Shown here piece by piece: positions 19,115 to 28,196 of a DNA stretch of 64,000 nucleotides. Below the pieces are notes generated by a model. It ran no database searches. It was not told where the DNA came from and worked only from the letters and a program-made list of their open reading frames with translations. A program made the position numbers and the translations under genes. Position 1 is the first letter of the stretch; each line of letters opens with the position of its first letter. Origin of the DNA: an uncultured virus (IMG/VR IMGVR_UViG_3300031687_001200) (taxonomy: Duplodnaviria; Heunggongvirae; Uroviricota; Caudoviricetes); IMG/VR virus record IMGVR_UViG_3300031687_001200. One strand, 5' to 3'.

Positions 19115-19690
19115 CTATGAACGCTGGCGCATTATTTCATCACGCTCTTCAGCAGTAATCTTTGTTAGTCCGGGATTGTCCGGGAATACACAACAAGGTT
19201 GCAAGTTATAAAAATCATCAACATAGTCACACCACTCACGTTTGAATGATTGATCAGTGCCAACTTTATGTACTATCGCAACTCTATTCTCTCTGTCATA
19301 TACTAACGTAGTATAATCACCGAATGATTGAAATTTGCCTAAACGTTGCAATCTGTCTAAATAATCAGTTCCATCATGACTTATGCCAAATGCTGGAAAT
19401 GTGCCAGACGTCCAATCCCTATCAATCATCCATTGCTCTTGCAGATCGTCATCGATATCGATAGGTTCGAAAGGTCCAAGTTCTGGGTATTGTTCAGCAA
19501 GCCAAAACTTTTCATTGTGCCAGGGATCGTTATCTGGATCGTGTTCTAATGTTGTTTGATTACAAATAACACCTTCACAGTATGTTTTAATTATAGTAGT
19601 ACCACCGTTAGCAGTTGTATACCAAAGTTGGTCGTTTATAAAACATTTTAGTTCAGATGCTTCTGTATTGTGAGTCCAATTAAGTTCCAT
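19115..19690 (-). CDS. hypothetical protein, paralog of 6409-7044
   Basis: Start reassigned to ATG 19690 (MELNWTHN), 5 nt after CTAAATA late promoter; aligns from its N-terminus with 6409-7044. Confidence 0.7.
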   Translation of the reverse strand: MELNWTHNTEASELKCFINDQLWYTTANGGTTIIKTYCEGVICNQTTLEHDPDNDPWHNEKFWLAEQYPELGPFEPIDIDDDLQEQWMIDRDWTSGTFPAFGISHDGTDYLDRLQRLGKFQSFGDYTTLVYDRENRVAIVHKVGTDQSFKREWCDYVDDFYNLQPCCVFPDNPGLTKITAEERDEIMRQRS

Positions 19691-19721
19691 ATAAGTATTT
19701 AGCTTTGGATAAATATATGTT

Positions 19722-21107
19722 ATGCTATTCGGGATATTAACATTAATTACAGCCTTGGCGATTGCCGGGGTAGCCGCTTGGTTCTCTATCATAGGGCTCA
19801 TGAGCATTTTCTCCGCCGCCGCAATGCCGATAGCAGTAATGGCTGGCGTACTAGAAGTAGGCAAATTACTTACAGCAAGTTGGCTGTACAGGTATTGGGA
19901 CGAGACCGGCATACTATTAAAAAGTTATCTAAGTGTTGCTGTAGCAGTACTAATGTTGATAACATCAATGGGTATCTTTGGATATCTTTCAAAAGCACAT
20001 TTGGATCAAGCAGGCGAAAGCGGAGATGCATTCGCTATTGTAGAACGACTAGAAAGCAAAGTTGCTAGAGAAGAAAACAAAATTACAATACTTGAAGACC
20101 GTATTGCCAGCCTACAAACAGGTGGCGGCATGGATACTACTTCAAGCATAGAACAACAAGCAACAATTAGAGACGGTGCTTGGGAAAGAGTACAAGGTGA
20201 CATTGACTATGCCCAAGGACAAATCCAAAGTGTAAGAGATCAACTAGTTATTGACCTCAAAGCACAAGATGATAAACTAATACCGTTAGACAGCATTGTA
20301 GACAGTTATGCGGACCAGGGTACAGTTACAACAGGAACCTTTCTTAATAGAAACACTACAGACAATGTTGCTAAAGCAAACGAAGTAAGACAAGAACAGA
20401 AAGCAGAACGTGATGCTATAGCAGATGAAAAAGATAATCTGCGTACAAGAGCTCAAACAGATATAAACATACAACAAGCAAACATAGACAAGTATAGAAC
20501 ACAGGCACAGAAAACAATAGAAAATGCAAATGCAGAAATTAACAAACTGCGAAATAGTAGTAGTGCTGACCAAGACCAAGCATTGGTTAAGGTGGATGAA
20601 TACAACGAACAAATTGATACAATATACGATGGCTTAATAGTAATTAAAGATGAAAAGTTTGAAGCCGAAAGTACAGTAAGAGAATTAGAGAAGGAAGTTG
20701 GGCCTATTAAATATGTGGCTCAATTAGTTTACGGTGACGATAGTGCAGACGTATTAGATAAAGCAGTACGGTTGTTTATATTATTACTGGTGTTTGTGTT
20801 CGACCCATTAGCAGTTATATTAATTATTGCGGCTAACCAAACATTACTTAGGCATGGTATTAACCTAGAGTCCAAAGGACCTCCAATACCGCCTACACCA
20901 ACCGAACCTCCTCCACAAAACGAATTAGAACAAGTATGGGATAATAAAGATTTGGGGAAAGTTACTGATGATGACGAACGAGCACTTATGGAAGGGCAAC
21001 TTAATCATCTAAAAGAACAACTAGTTGCAGATAGGTTGACACAACAAAATGCATCAGACGATGCCGCTACAGCAATGGCTGAAAGCGCCTCCAAAAAAAA
21101 AGACTAG
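19722..21107 (+). CDS. membrane protein with long periplasmic coiled coil
   Basis: 3 N-terminal TM helices, GIFGYLSKAH, coiled coil, EVGPIKYVA, VFDPLAV TM; ends on A9 tract. Confidence 0.8.
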   Translation: MLFGILTLITALAIAGVAAWFSIIGLMSIFSAAAMPIAVMAGVLEVGKLLTASWLYRYWDETGILLKSYLSVAVAVLMLITSMGIFGYLSKAHLDQAGESGDAFAIVERLESKVAREENKITILEDRIASLQTGGGMDTTSSIEQQATIRDGAWERVQGDIDYAQGQIQSVRDQLVIDLKAQDDKLIPLDSIVDSYADQGTVTTGTFLNRNTTDNVAKANEVRQEQKAERDAIADEKDNLRTRAQTDINIQQANIDKYRTQAQKTIENANAEINKLRNSSSADQDQALVKVDEYNEQIDTIYDGLIVIKDEKFEAESTVRELEKEVGPIKYVAQLVYGDDSADVLDKAVRLFILLLVFVFDPLAVILIIAANQTLLRHGINLESKGPPIPPTPTEPPPQNELEQVWDNKDLGKVTDDDERALMEGQLNHLKEQLVADRLTQQNASDDAATAMAESASKKKD

Positions 21108-21769
21108 AAGAAGCTCTTAAATCCTTAAATAAAAAATATGAAAAGACATTAAAACTCTTGAGTGATAAGCCGAAAGAAGTTATAATAGAGAAACAAGTTG
21201 AAAAGATAGTAGAAAAGATAGTAGAAGTAGAAGTACCAGTTGAAGTCCCAGTTGAAGTTATTAAAGAAATAATAGTTACTAAGGAGATTGAAGTTGAAAA
21301 ATTCATCGAGATTGAAAAACCAGTCGAGGTTGAGGTCATCAAGGAGACAGTTCGAATTGTTGAAAAGGAAGTGCAAGGGCCAGAACGAATTGTTGAAGTC
21401 CCAGGACCAGAACGAATTGTTGAAGTCCCAGGACCAGAACGAATTGTCGAACGTGTTGTTGAAGTCCCAGGACGAGAACGAGTCGTAGTTAGGACAGATA
21501 ACAGCAAGATAGAAGAGTTAGAACAACGTTTAGCAGTTAAGCCTTCAGTAGTTGAGAAGGCTAATGCTAACAACTTAATTGAAGCCGCAAGGATCATGTC
21601 TGAGAGCGAGTTCAATAAAGAAGGGTATACTGAGGAAGAAATATTAAATATGCTTACAAAGACAAGTGAAGAAGAAGTTAATCGTACTTTAGGGTTCTGG
21701 GCTATACCATTACCAAAAGACGATAATGATAAACCAGATCCAGACAACTTGAGGTATACCACAAAATAA
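21101..21769 (+). CDS. VEKIVEV/GPERIVEVP repeat protein, probable -1 frameshift extension of 19722-21107
   Basis: Frame open from 21083 across the A9 tract; in-frame TTG 21158 has no evident RBS. Confidence 0.65.
   Translation, partial: RLEEALKSLNKKYEKTLKLLSDKPKEVIIEKQVEKIVEKIVEVEVPVEVPVEVIKEIIVTKEIEVEKFIEIEKPVEVEVIKETVRIVEKEVQGPERIVEVPGPERIVEVPGPERIVERVVEVPGRERVVVRTDNSKIEELEQRLAVKPSVVEKANANNLIEAARIMSESEFNKEGYTEEEILNMLTKTSEEEVNRTLGFWAIPLPKDDNDKPDPDNLRYTTK
21380..21480 (+). repeat. 27 bp coding tandem repeat (PERIVEVPG)
   Basis: CCAGAACGAATTGTTGAAGTCCCAGGA x2 exact plus degenerate copies. Confidence 0.9.
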
Positions 21770-23040
21770 TGTCCGATAATAAAGATAGTAACCTAGAATG
21801 TAGTTTCTGTGGCAAGAAACGACATGATGTGCGTAAACTAATCGCTGGACCTAACTCGTATATTTGTAATGAATGTGTGAGTATAAGTCATAAAATTATT
21901 AACGAGGACTACGATACTTCTCCAGACATGGAACTGGAAGATATCCCTACCCCACAAGAAATTAAAGACTACTTAGATGAATATGTAATCAGCCAAGAAT
22001 ATGCAAAAGAGATTCTAAGTGTATGTGCATACAACCATTATAAGAAAACTTACTACAGCGATGATAAAGACAGTATCGAAAAGAGTAATGTACTATTAAT
22101 AGGTAGCACTGGTACAGGTAAAACACTTATAGTACAAACACTTGCTAGGAAACTTGGTGTGCCATTTGCTATAGCAGATGCAACTACACTTACTGAAGCA
22201 GGGTACGTTGGTGAAGATGTAGAGAGTGTAATCGAACGACTACTTAATACATGTGACTGGAACGTAGAAAAAGCACAGAAGGGTATAGTATTCATAGACG
22301 AGATTGATAAAAAGGCTCGTAGCAGTGAGTCTAACACCGGCACAAAGGATATTAGTGGAGAAGGTGTACAACAAGCACTCTTAAGACTAATAGAAGGAAC
22401 TACTGTAAAGATTTCCACTAACGGCTCAAAGCGTATGGATGACTTTATTGAATTTGATACTAAAGACGTATTGTTTATAGTAGGCGGAGCATTTGTAGGG
22501 TTAGACAAGATTGTTAACAAAAAATTAAAGAAAGGATCGATAGGATTCAATCAGAAAGTTCACAGTAAGAAAACAGATGTAAATTGGCTAGACCATGTTG
22601 AACATGATGACATTATCAGCTATGGATTAATTCCAGAGTTTGCTGGTAGGTTACCTAATATTGTAGGATTAGAAGATTTAGACCAAGATGATATGTTTAG
22701 CATATTAACTAATGCTAAATCTAGTTGTATTACACAGGTAACAAAATTATTAGAATTAGATGAAATAGAATTACAGTTTGAGGAGCAATATCTTAAAGAC
22801 GTTGCCGAGATTGCTGTAAAGAAAAAAGTTGGAGCAAGAGGATTAAAAAGCATTGTAGAAAACAGTTTACACAATATAATGTTTAGGGCGCCAATATTAA
22901 GACAGGAACAAGTGCAACAAGTGATATTTAATAAGTATCCTAAAACGGTTGACTTGCATCCTGTATTTGTGTATACTAACGGCAATAGTGAAATTGATAG
23001 ACACTATAAAATTAAACTTAGAGGTAAAAGTGAGTTATAA
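21769..23040 (+). CDS. clpX: ATP-dependent Clp protease ATP-binding subunit ClpX
   Basis: CSFCGK..ICNEC zinc domain, GSTGTGKT, GYVGEDVE, IVFIDEIDK, IGF loop, GARGL. Confidence 0.95.
   Translation: MSDNKDSNLECSFCGKKRHDVRKLIAGPNSYICNECVSISHKIINEDYDTSPDMELEDIPTPQEIKDYLDEYVISQEYAKEILSVCAYNHYKKTYYSDDKDSIEKSNVLLIGSTGTGKTLIVQTLARKLGVPFAIADATTLTEAGYVGEDVESVIERLLNTCDWNVEKAQKGIVFIDEIDKKARSSESNTGTKDISGEGVQQALLRLIEGTTVKISTNGSKRMDDFIEFDTKDVLFIVGGAFVGLDKIVNKKLKKGSIGFNQKVHSKKTDVNWLDHVEHDDIISYGLIPEFAGRLPNIVGLEDLDQDDMFSILTNAKSSCITQVTKLLELDEIELQFEEQYLKDVAEIAVKKKVGARGLKSIVENSLHNIMFRAPILRQEQVQQVIFNKYPKTVDLHPVFVYTNGNSEIDRHYKIKLRGKSEL
22949..22977 (+). promoter_or_regulatory. sigma70-type promoter inside clpX 3' end driving bS21
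   Basis: AAAACGG-TTGACT-N17-TATACT with TG extended -10. Confidence 0.6.
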
Positions 23041-23461
23041 TCGAGATAACAATAATAACAAATCGTTCACTAGAGATTTTAATTCTAGAAAACGTGATGA
23101 CAAGCCAAGAGTAGAGCCACACTATCTTGACGCCTATAAACCAGGTGTTGAAGTTAGAAATGGTGATGTTGGTAAAGCATTGAGGATATTGAAGAAGCGT
23201 TTAGAAAAAGCAGAGTTCCAAAAGACTATGTCTAAACTACAATATTTTGAGAAACCGAGTCAGAAAAGAAAGCGTATGAAAGACCAAGCGAAGAAGCGTT
23301 GGAGCAAACAAGTACGTGATATGGAAGCCTCCGGAGCTCAACGACAGTACGAACCTACTGGAACTAAATGGATGAAAGATAAAAGAAAAACTAGGAAACA
23401 TGCACTTGTGAAGGCGAAACTACAAATTCAACTTCGTAAGAAAGGTCCTTTTCATTCGTGA
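23030..23461 (+). CDS. rpsU: ribosomal protein bS21 with N- and C-terminal extensions
   Basis: VEVRNGDVGKALRILKKR...QYFEKPSQKRKR; GTG start with GAGG RBS. Confidence 0.85.
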   Translation: MSYNRDNNNNKSFTRDFNSRKRDDKPRVEPHYLDAYKPGVEVRNGDVGKALRILKKRLEKAEFQKTMSKLQYFEKPSQKRKRMKDQAKKRWSKQVRDMEASGAQRQYEPTGTKWMKDKRKTRKHALVKAKLQIQLRKKGPFHS

Positions 23462-24234
23462 AAGTAGTAATCGTTAGTGGAGGATTTGATCCTTTGCATA
23501 GCGGTCATATCGCCTACTTGTCAGACGCGGGCCATCTAGGCGACAAGTTAATTGTAGCACTTAATAGTGATGCATGGTTAACTCGTAAGAAAGGTAGACC
23601 GTTTATGTCTTTTGAAGAAAGGGCATGTATTATCGACAGATTAGATATGGTAGATAGTGTATGGGGTTTTGATGACTCCGACGGAAGTGTATGTAAAGCA
23701 TTGGAACAAGCCAAGAAAGCATACCCTTCACATGAGATTATATTTTGTAATGGCGGAGACCGTACAAAAAACAACATTCCAGAAATGGCTGTTGAAGGTA
23801 TTGAATTTATATTTGGTGTTGGCAGTGAGAATAAGTCCAACAGCAGTAGTTGGATATTAAAGGAATGGAAGTATCCAACTGAACGCAGAGTATGGGGCGA
23901 GTTTAGTGACTTGTTTCAAGACGAAGCAGTTCGTGTTAAAGAACTTATAATTGAGCCTGGTAAAGGCATCAGTTACCAAAGACACTTTAAACGTGATGAG
24001 ATTTGGTTTGTTAGTAAAGGTGAATGCGAAATAAAGCATGGCATCTACCCTAAGTATCCAGAACAATTTACAATACGAGCATTACACACAGATGAATCGT
24101 TTACAGTTAGACGTAACGAATGGCATCAAATTGTTAATAGGACCACAGAGAATTGTCATATTATAGAAATACAATACGGTGGTGACACACATGAAGACGA
24201 TATTGAAAGACTATCGTACTATGATGGAGAATAA
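23458..24234 (+). CDS. cytidylyltransferase fused to cupin (mannose-6-phosphate isomerase type II-like)
   Basis: SGGFDPLHSGH, FCNGGDR, SNSSSWIL; RVWGEF, SYQRHFKRDEIW, WHQIVN, IEIQYG. Confidence 0.85.
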   Translation: MKVVIVSGGFDPLHSGHIAYLSDAGHLGDKLIVALNSDAWLTRKKGRPFMSFEERACIIDRLDMVDSVWGFDDSDGSVCKALEQAKKAYPSHEIIFCNGGDRTKNNIPEMAVEGIEFIFGVGSENKSNSSSWILKEWKYPTERRVWGEFSDLFQDEAVRVKELIIEPGKGISYQRHFKRDEIWFVSKGECEIKHGIYPKYPEQFTIRALHTDESFTVRRNEWHQIVNRTTENCHIIEIQYGGDTHEDDIERLSYYDGE

Positions 24235-24675
24235 ATGGAAATGAGAGACATAGATACGAACAAAGTATGTGATATACTTAACGAGATTGTGGAATATGAA
24301 ATGGCAGGAGTAGTTAGATACTCGCATAGTTCATTAATGATAACAGGTCCTAACAGGATTCCTATTGTTACATTTCTACAAGAACAAGCAAATGAAAGTT
24401 TAGCTCACGCCTTACAGGCTGGCGAACTTATCACAGGCTTAGACGGACACCCTAGTCAACGAATAGCAAATATTGAAGAGTCGCATAATCATTCTGTACA
24501 ACAGGTACTTGAAGAAAGTTTAGCACACGAACTACACGCTGTCGGCTTGTATAAATCATTGCTACAAGAAGTTTCAGATGCAAGTATTTACTTAGAAGAA
24601 TATGCACGTGGACAGATAGGTGCGGAAGAACAACATGCATTGGAACTTAAGAAGATGTTAAAAGATTACGCATAA
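24235..24675 (+). CDS. bacterioferritin/ferritin-like protein
   Basis: Four-helix ferroxidase pattern E..EQANESLAH..HE..EEQH. Confidence 0.8.
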   Translation: MEMRDIDTNKVCDILNEIVEYEMAGVVRYSHSSLMITGPNRIPIVTFLQEQANESLAHALQAGELITGLDGHPSQRIANIEESHNHSVQQVLEESLAHELHAVGLYKSLLQEVSDASIYLEEYARGQIGAEEQHALELKKMLKDYA

Positions 24676-24863
24676 TGTCAGTACCTAGAGGAAAACCAAT
24701 ACCTAAAGGCATGATACGAATGACTGTGCAAATAGAAGTACCCTATGAACATGATATTATGAATTACGGTTATGTTGCAAGGGAAAAAATTAAAGAGTAC
24801 ATAGACAACGACCATTACGGATTCCAATTAGAAAACGGAGCATCGACTACAAATGAAACTTGA
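24675..24863 (+). CDS. small hypothetical protein
   Basis: 62 aa ORF overlapping both neighbours. Confidence 0.5.
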   Translation: MSVPRGKPIPKGMIRMTVQIEVPYEHDIMNYGYVAREKIKEYIDNDHYGFQLENGASTTNET

Positions 24864-25290
24864 TTATAAAGGTTCTGGCACTATAGGATTTACTTGTAGT
24901 ACATTTGATTTACTACACGCAGGACATATTGTTATGCTTGAAGAAGCCAAACATCACTGCGATTACTTAATAGTAGGTTTACAAAATGACCCTACTGAAG
25001 ATAGACCAACAAAGAACAAGCCGGTACAAAGTATTGTTGAAAGACAAATACAATTGGCGGCTGTGAAGTATGTAGATGAAATTGTTATTTACAATACTGA
25101 ACAAGACCTAACCGACCTACTACTAACGTTACCTATTAATGTTAGAGTTCTAGGAGATGAATACAAAACTAAAGACTTTACAGGTAAAGATATAGCCAAG
25201 CAACGTGGTTGCAAAATTATATATAACCCTAGAGACCATAGTTTTAGTAGCACTTCGTTACGCAAACGTGTAGTTAGCAACGAATCTTAA
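24853..25290 (+). CDS. tagD: glycerol-3-phosphate cytidylyltransferase-like
   Basis: GFTCSTFDLLHAGH, KPVQSIVER, HSFSSTSLR. Confidence 0.85.
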   Translation: MKLDYKGSGTIGFTCSTFDLLHAGHIVMLEEAKHHCDYLIVGLQNDPTEDRPTKNKPVQSIVERQIQLAAVKYVDEIVIYNTEQDLTDLLLTLPINVRVLGDEYKTKDFTGKDIAKQRGCKIIYNPRDHSFSSTSLRKRVVSNES

Positions 25291-25377
25291 AAAAAGGTTG
25301 ACTTTGAATCTAATACCTGTATAATATACACTATGTTAAGGAATGTTCCTTAGCAGTTAATTGATCTAGGAGGTCAT

Positions 25378-25644
25378 ATGACTACATCAACAGTAACTCT
25401 AACTAAAGAGCAAAAAGTTCTATCAGCTTTACAAGAAGGCAGAACTCTATCCTCAGCACAAATCAAATCATTTTTTGGTGCTGGTAACCCACAAGCAGTA
25501 ATTCAATCACTAAGATTCAAAGGATTTCCAATCTATTTGAATGTTGTGACTGATACAAAAAATCGTTCAAGAAACGTGTACAGATTAGGTACGCCTTCAA
25601 GAGCTATTATTGCCGCTGGTTATAAAGCAATGGCTAATTCGTAA
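25378..25644 (+). CDS. winged-helix DNA-binding phage protein
   Basis: KEQKVLSALQEG..LSSAQIKSFFG..SLRFKGFPIY..YRLGTPSR; promoter 25298-25325. Confidence 0.7.
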   Translation: MTTSTVTLTKEQKVLSALQEGRTLSSAQIKSFFGAGNPQAVIQSLRFKGFPIYLNVVTDTKNRSRNVYRLGTPSRAIIAAGYKAMANS

Positions 25645-25660
25645 GTAATTACGATATATT

Positions 25661-25685
25661 AAAAGGACCTTCGGGTCCTTTTTTT
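25661..25685 (+). terminator. rho-independent terminator
   Basis: AAAAGGACC-TTCG-GGTCCTTTTTTT. Confidence 0.9.
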
Positions 25686-25716
25686 ATGGCTAACAACTTA
25701 ATAAGGAAGAACAGAT

Positions 25717-25884
25717 ATGGATATCGCATTAGTAGTAAGTTTTCTTTTAGTCTTGTTTGTATTTGAACCAGGCAATGAGAAGATTAATAAGTATTGTAAA
25801 CAAGCAGTTATTGATAAAGAATTTGAAAGTCGTAAATCGTGTTGGGATTATTACACTGATTATCGAGACACAATTCCCGAATAG
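25717..25884 (+). CDS. 55 aa membrane-anchored small protein
   Basis: Not in track; AAGGA RBS; MDIALVVSFLLVLFVFEPGNEKINKYCKQ...CWDYY. Confidence 0.55.
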   Translation: MDIALVVSFLLVLFVFEPGNEKINKYCKQAVIDKEFESRKSCWDYYTDYRDTIPE

Positions 25885-26045
25885 AAAAGGTAAATACTAT
25901 TACCAATCAACTCTATCCTCCCAATAGTTATATAAAAGACTTGACATATTTGAAAAAATGTGTATAATATAATAATGCTTGGGACAATTGGCAGGGTGAT
26001 TCTATTCTGTCTAAGAAGCCAAAGTATACAAAAAGGAGGAATAAA

Positions 26046-26690
26046 ATGAAAAATTTATTCAACATTGATAACGCATTTAAGATACTAGTTGTATTACTAT
26101 TGTCTGTAATGGCGTTTGGTGCCAATGCGGCATCTCTAGGCGGAAGTATTGGTTATGGAAATGACTATACCTTCAGAGGACAGACTCAGACACAAGGCAG
26201 TGGCTTTGCTTTCGGATCTATTGATTTAGATCTTGAAAACGGTGCTTATGTTGGTGTATGGGTTGGTGAAGTCGACTTTGCAGGCGGTGACGCTGATGCA
26301 GAGATTGATATGTATGCAGGATATCAGCACGAATTTAGTGATATGATTTCTGTAGGCGTACAATACACAGACTACTCATACAGCGGAGATTCATCTTTAG
26401 ATGGTTCCGAGTATACAGTATCTGGTTCGTTCGGCGATCTTACGCTTTCACACACAATTGGACAGGAAGATTATAACGACTATTCATTAGTCACTTATAA
26501 TTTAATGGACTTTGTGGATGTCTCGTATGGTACACTGGATACTGTCGGTGAACACTACACTATTAGCAAAAGTTTCGAATTGCCTTTGGGCTTAGACGCT
26601 GATGTTAGCTATGTAGATTTCACAGCAGATAGTGGATCCAATGCAGTTGATGAAGACGCTTTTGTCGTCAGAGTTAGCAAATCCTTCTAA
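26046..26690 (+). CDS. TorF-like putative porin (outer-membrane beta-barrel)
   Basis: Signal peptide ANA, NDYTFRGQTQT, EIDMYAGY, C-terminal F; AGGAGG RBS; promoter 25941-25968; terminator 26705-26738. Confidence 0.8.
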   Translation: MKNLFNIDNAFKILVVLLLSVMAFGANAASLGGSIGYGNDYTFRGQTQTQGSGFAFGSIDLDLENGAYVGVWVGEVDFAGGDADAEIDMYAGYQHEFSDMISVGVQYTDYSYSGDSSLDGSEYTVSGSFGDLTLSHTIGQEDYNDYSLVTYNLMDFVDVSYGTLDTVGEHYTISKSFELPLGLDADVSYVDFTADSGSNAVDEDAFVVRVSKSF

Positions 26691-26842
26691 GGTAGCTTAG
26701 ATAAATGCCCCAAACAGCAATGTGCGGGGTATTTTTTTGGCTGAAATACCAAAAGATTACCAGAATTCGTGGTAAAAAGGTTGACTTGGACCCTGTTTTC
26801 TAGTATAATATATGTATATTAAGCAAAAAGGGAAAGGATAAT

Positions 26843-27130
26843 ATGCAAACAAGATTCAATAAAGAGCTATTTCAATGGGACGGAATGTACCTAATGTATA
26901 CAGGAGAGCATTCTCAGTCTAAGTATTTTGAGCTACCGTGTCATCCTACTAGAGTAGGAACACCTAAGTCAGAGTTTATTGCTAGATTTAAATATGGCAA
27001 TTACAAGCCTTGGAAAGCATGGGTTAACTTTATCGTAAAGAACTTTACGGTTGAGGAGTGGTTAGACTTATCAAAGCAAACTCATCCAGTCGGCGCTATG
27101 CAAGTTAAAGGCTACACGGGTAAGTTATAA
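26843..27130 (+). CDS. hypothetical early protein
   Basis: Follows AAAAAGG-TTGACT-N17-TATAAT promoter at 26781-26809. Confidence 0.7.
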   Translation: MQTRFNKELFQWDGMYLMYTGEHSQSKYFELPCHPTRVGTPKSEFIARFKYGNYKPWKAWVNFIVKNFTVEEWLDLSKQTHPVGAMQVKGYTGKL

Positions 27131-27486
27131 TGATTACTCAAAGAAACACAACAGTCCTTGCATCAGAGTATCAACACACAGACGATATGAAGAAGTTCAT
27201 TAAGGCTACAACAGGTGCTATAATGACTCCTGTTCAAGGCAAAGATGATACTTTTTGGATACACGGTGACAAGAGAGGAACTTACCATCAAAAGAAATAC
27301 TATAAAATCGAATTTGGTTTTGTAGAGCAAGTTTCTTATAACCCAAATAGACAAGTTAGAGAAGGTTACGGATTTGATATCCAATCAACAGGTGACTTGA
27401 ACGGTTGGCAGTTAATGGGAGAGTATCGCACAATGATTAAAGAAGCGATGGCTAACTATAAAAATAAGACAGAAGAGGTAGCATAA
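27130..27486 (+). CDS. hypothetical early protein
   Basis: TAATG-coupled to previous ORF. Confidence 0.65.
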   Translation: MITQRNTTVLASEYQHTDDMKKFIKATTGAIMTPVQGKDDTFWIHGDKRGTYHQKKYYKIEFGFVEQVSYNPNRQVREGYGFDIQSTGDLNGWQLMGEYRTMIKEAMANYKNKTEEVA

Positions 27487-27488
27487 TA

Positions 27489-27743
27489 ATGCAACGTAAT
27501 TACAAAAAGGCTTTCACTGCCTTAAAAAAAATAGGTGCACCAGTTATCGTTGGAGATGACTATGGTGATGATCGTTACTTTAAAATAAGTGCAGAAGACA
27601 ACGACACAGTTGTTTGGGCAGACTACTATAATATGGGCATGGGCCTGTTTGGTGTTAACCAAGATATAGTTGATATACTCGATGCTAACGGCTTGTTTGC
27701 AGAGTGGATTAACCCTGGCATTATAGGTGTACACGAAGCCTAA
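27489..27743 (+). CDS. hypothetical early protein
   Basis: GAGG RBS, in operon. Confidence 0.65.
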   Translation: MQRNYKKAFTALKKIGAPVIVGDDYGDDRYFKISAEDNDTVVWADYYNMGMGLFGVNQDIVDILDANGLFAEWINPGIIGVHEA

Positions 27744-27812
27744 AAAGGTTGACTTCTACCACGAAATGTGGTATAATAGTTATATAACAAAGTAAGATGT
27801 AGGAGTCGATAA

Positions 27813-28196
27813 ATGTATACCAAAAATCAAAACACAACAAACCAAAGCAAAGACAAAATTGTATCCATAGACGGTTACAGTATTGGTTCTTTTACTTGCT
27901 ATAACGCAGACAACGATGATAGTGCTATTATCCAACTTACTGCATTAGAAGAAATGTGGTATGGTCATGAAGAGAACATAGACCACCCAGAAGGTTCAGA
28001 ATATCCTGTAAGTATAAATGTTCCTCATATGAAAGTTATGAGAGACAGAGTTGCTGATAGTGTTCTTAACAGAACTGGTATTAACATAAAAGATTTTGAC
28101 AGCATTATACATGCGACAACTCACCCTGGTAGAGACAAGCAGGGTAATATTATCAATAATGATTTTGGTAATGCAAATGTAGTGAGAAACGTTTAA
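27813..28196 (+). CDS. hypothetical early protein
   Basis: Promoter TTGACT-N17-TATAAT 27749-27777; AGGAG RBS. Confidence 0.7.
   Translation: MYTKNQNTTNQSKDKIVSIDGYSIGSFTCYNADNDDSAIIQLTALEEMWYGHEENIDHPEGSEYPVSINVPHMKVMRDRVADSVLNRTGINIKDFDSIIHATTHPGRDKQGNIINNDFGNANVVRNV

Noticed and set aside
19691..19912. N-terminal extension of track ORF 19115..19912
   Set aside because: Overlaps the opposite-strand gene; paralog alignment and late promoter point to ATG 19690
21380..21480. 27 bp direct repeats as a possible CRISPR array
   Set aside because: Contiguous, in-frame coding repeats with no spacers; no CRISPR array or cas gene seen in the window
21067..21762. 231 aa minus-strand ORF with TSTIRSGPG repeats
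   Set aside because: Antisense shadow of the plus-strand repeat protein; many other short antisense ORFs in the track were dismissed for the same reason
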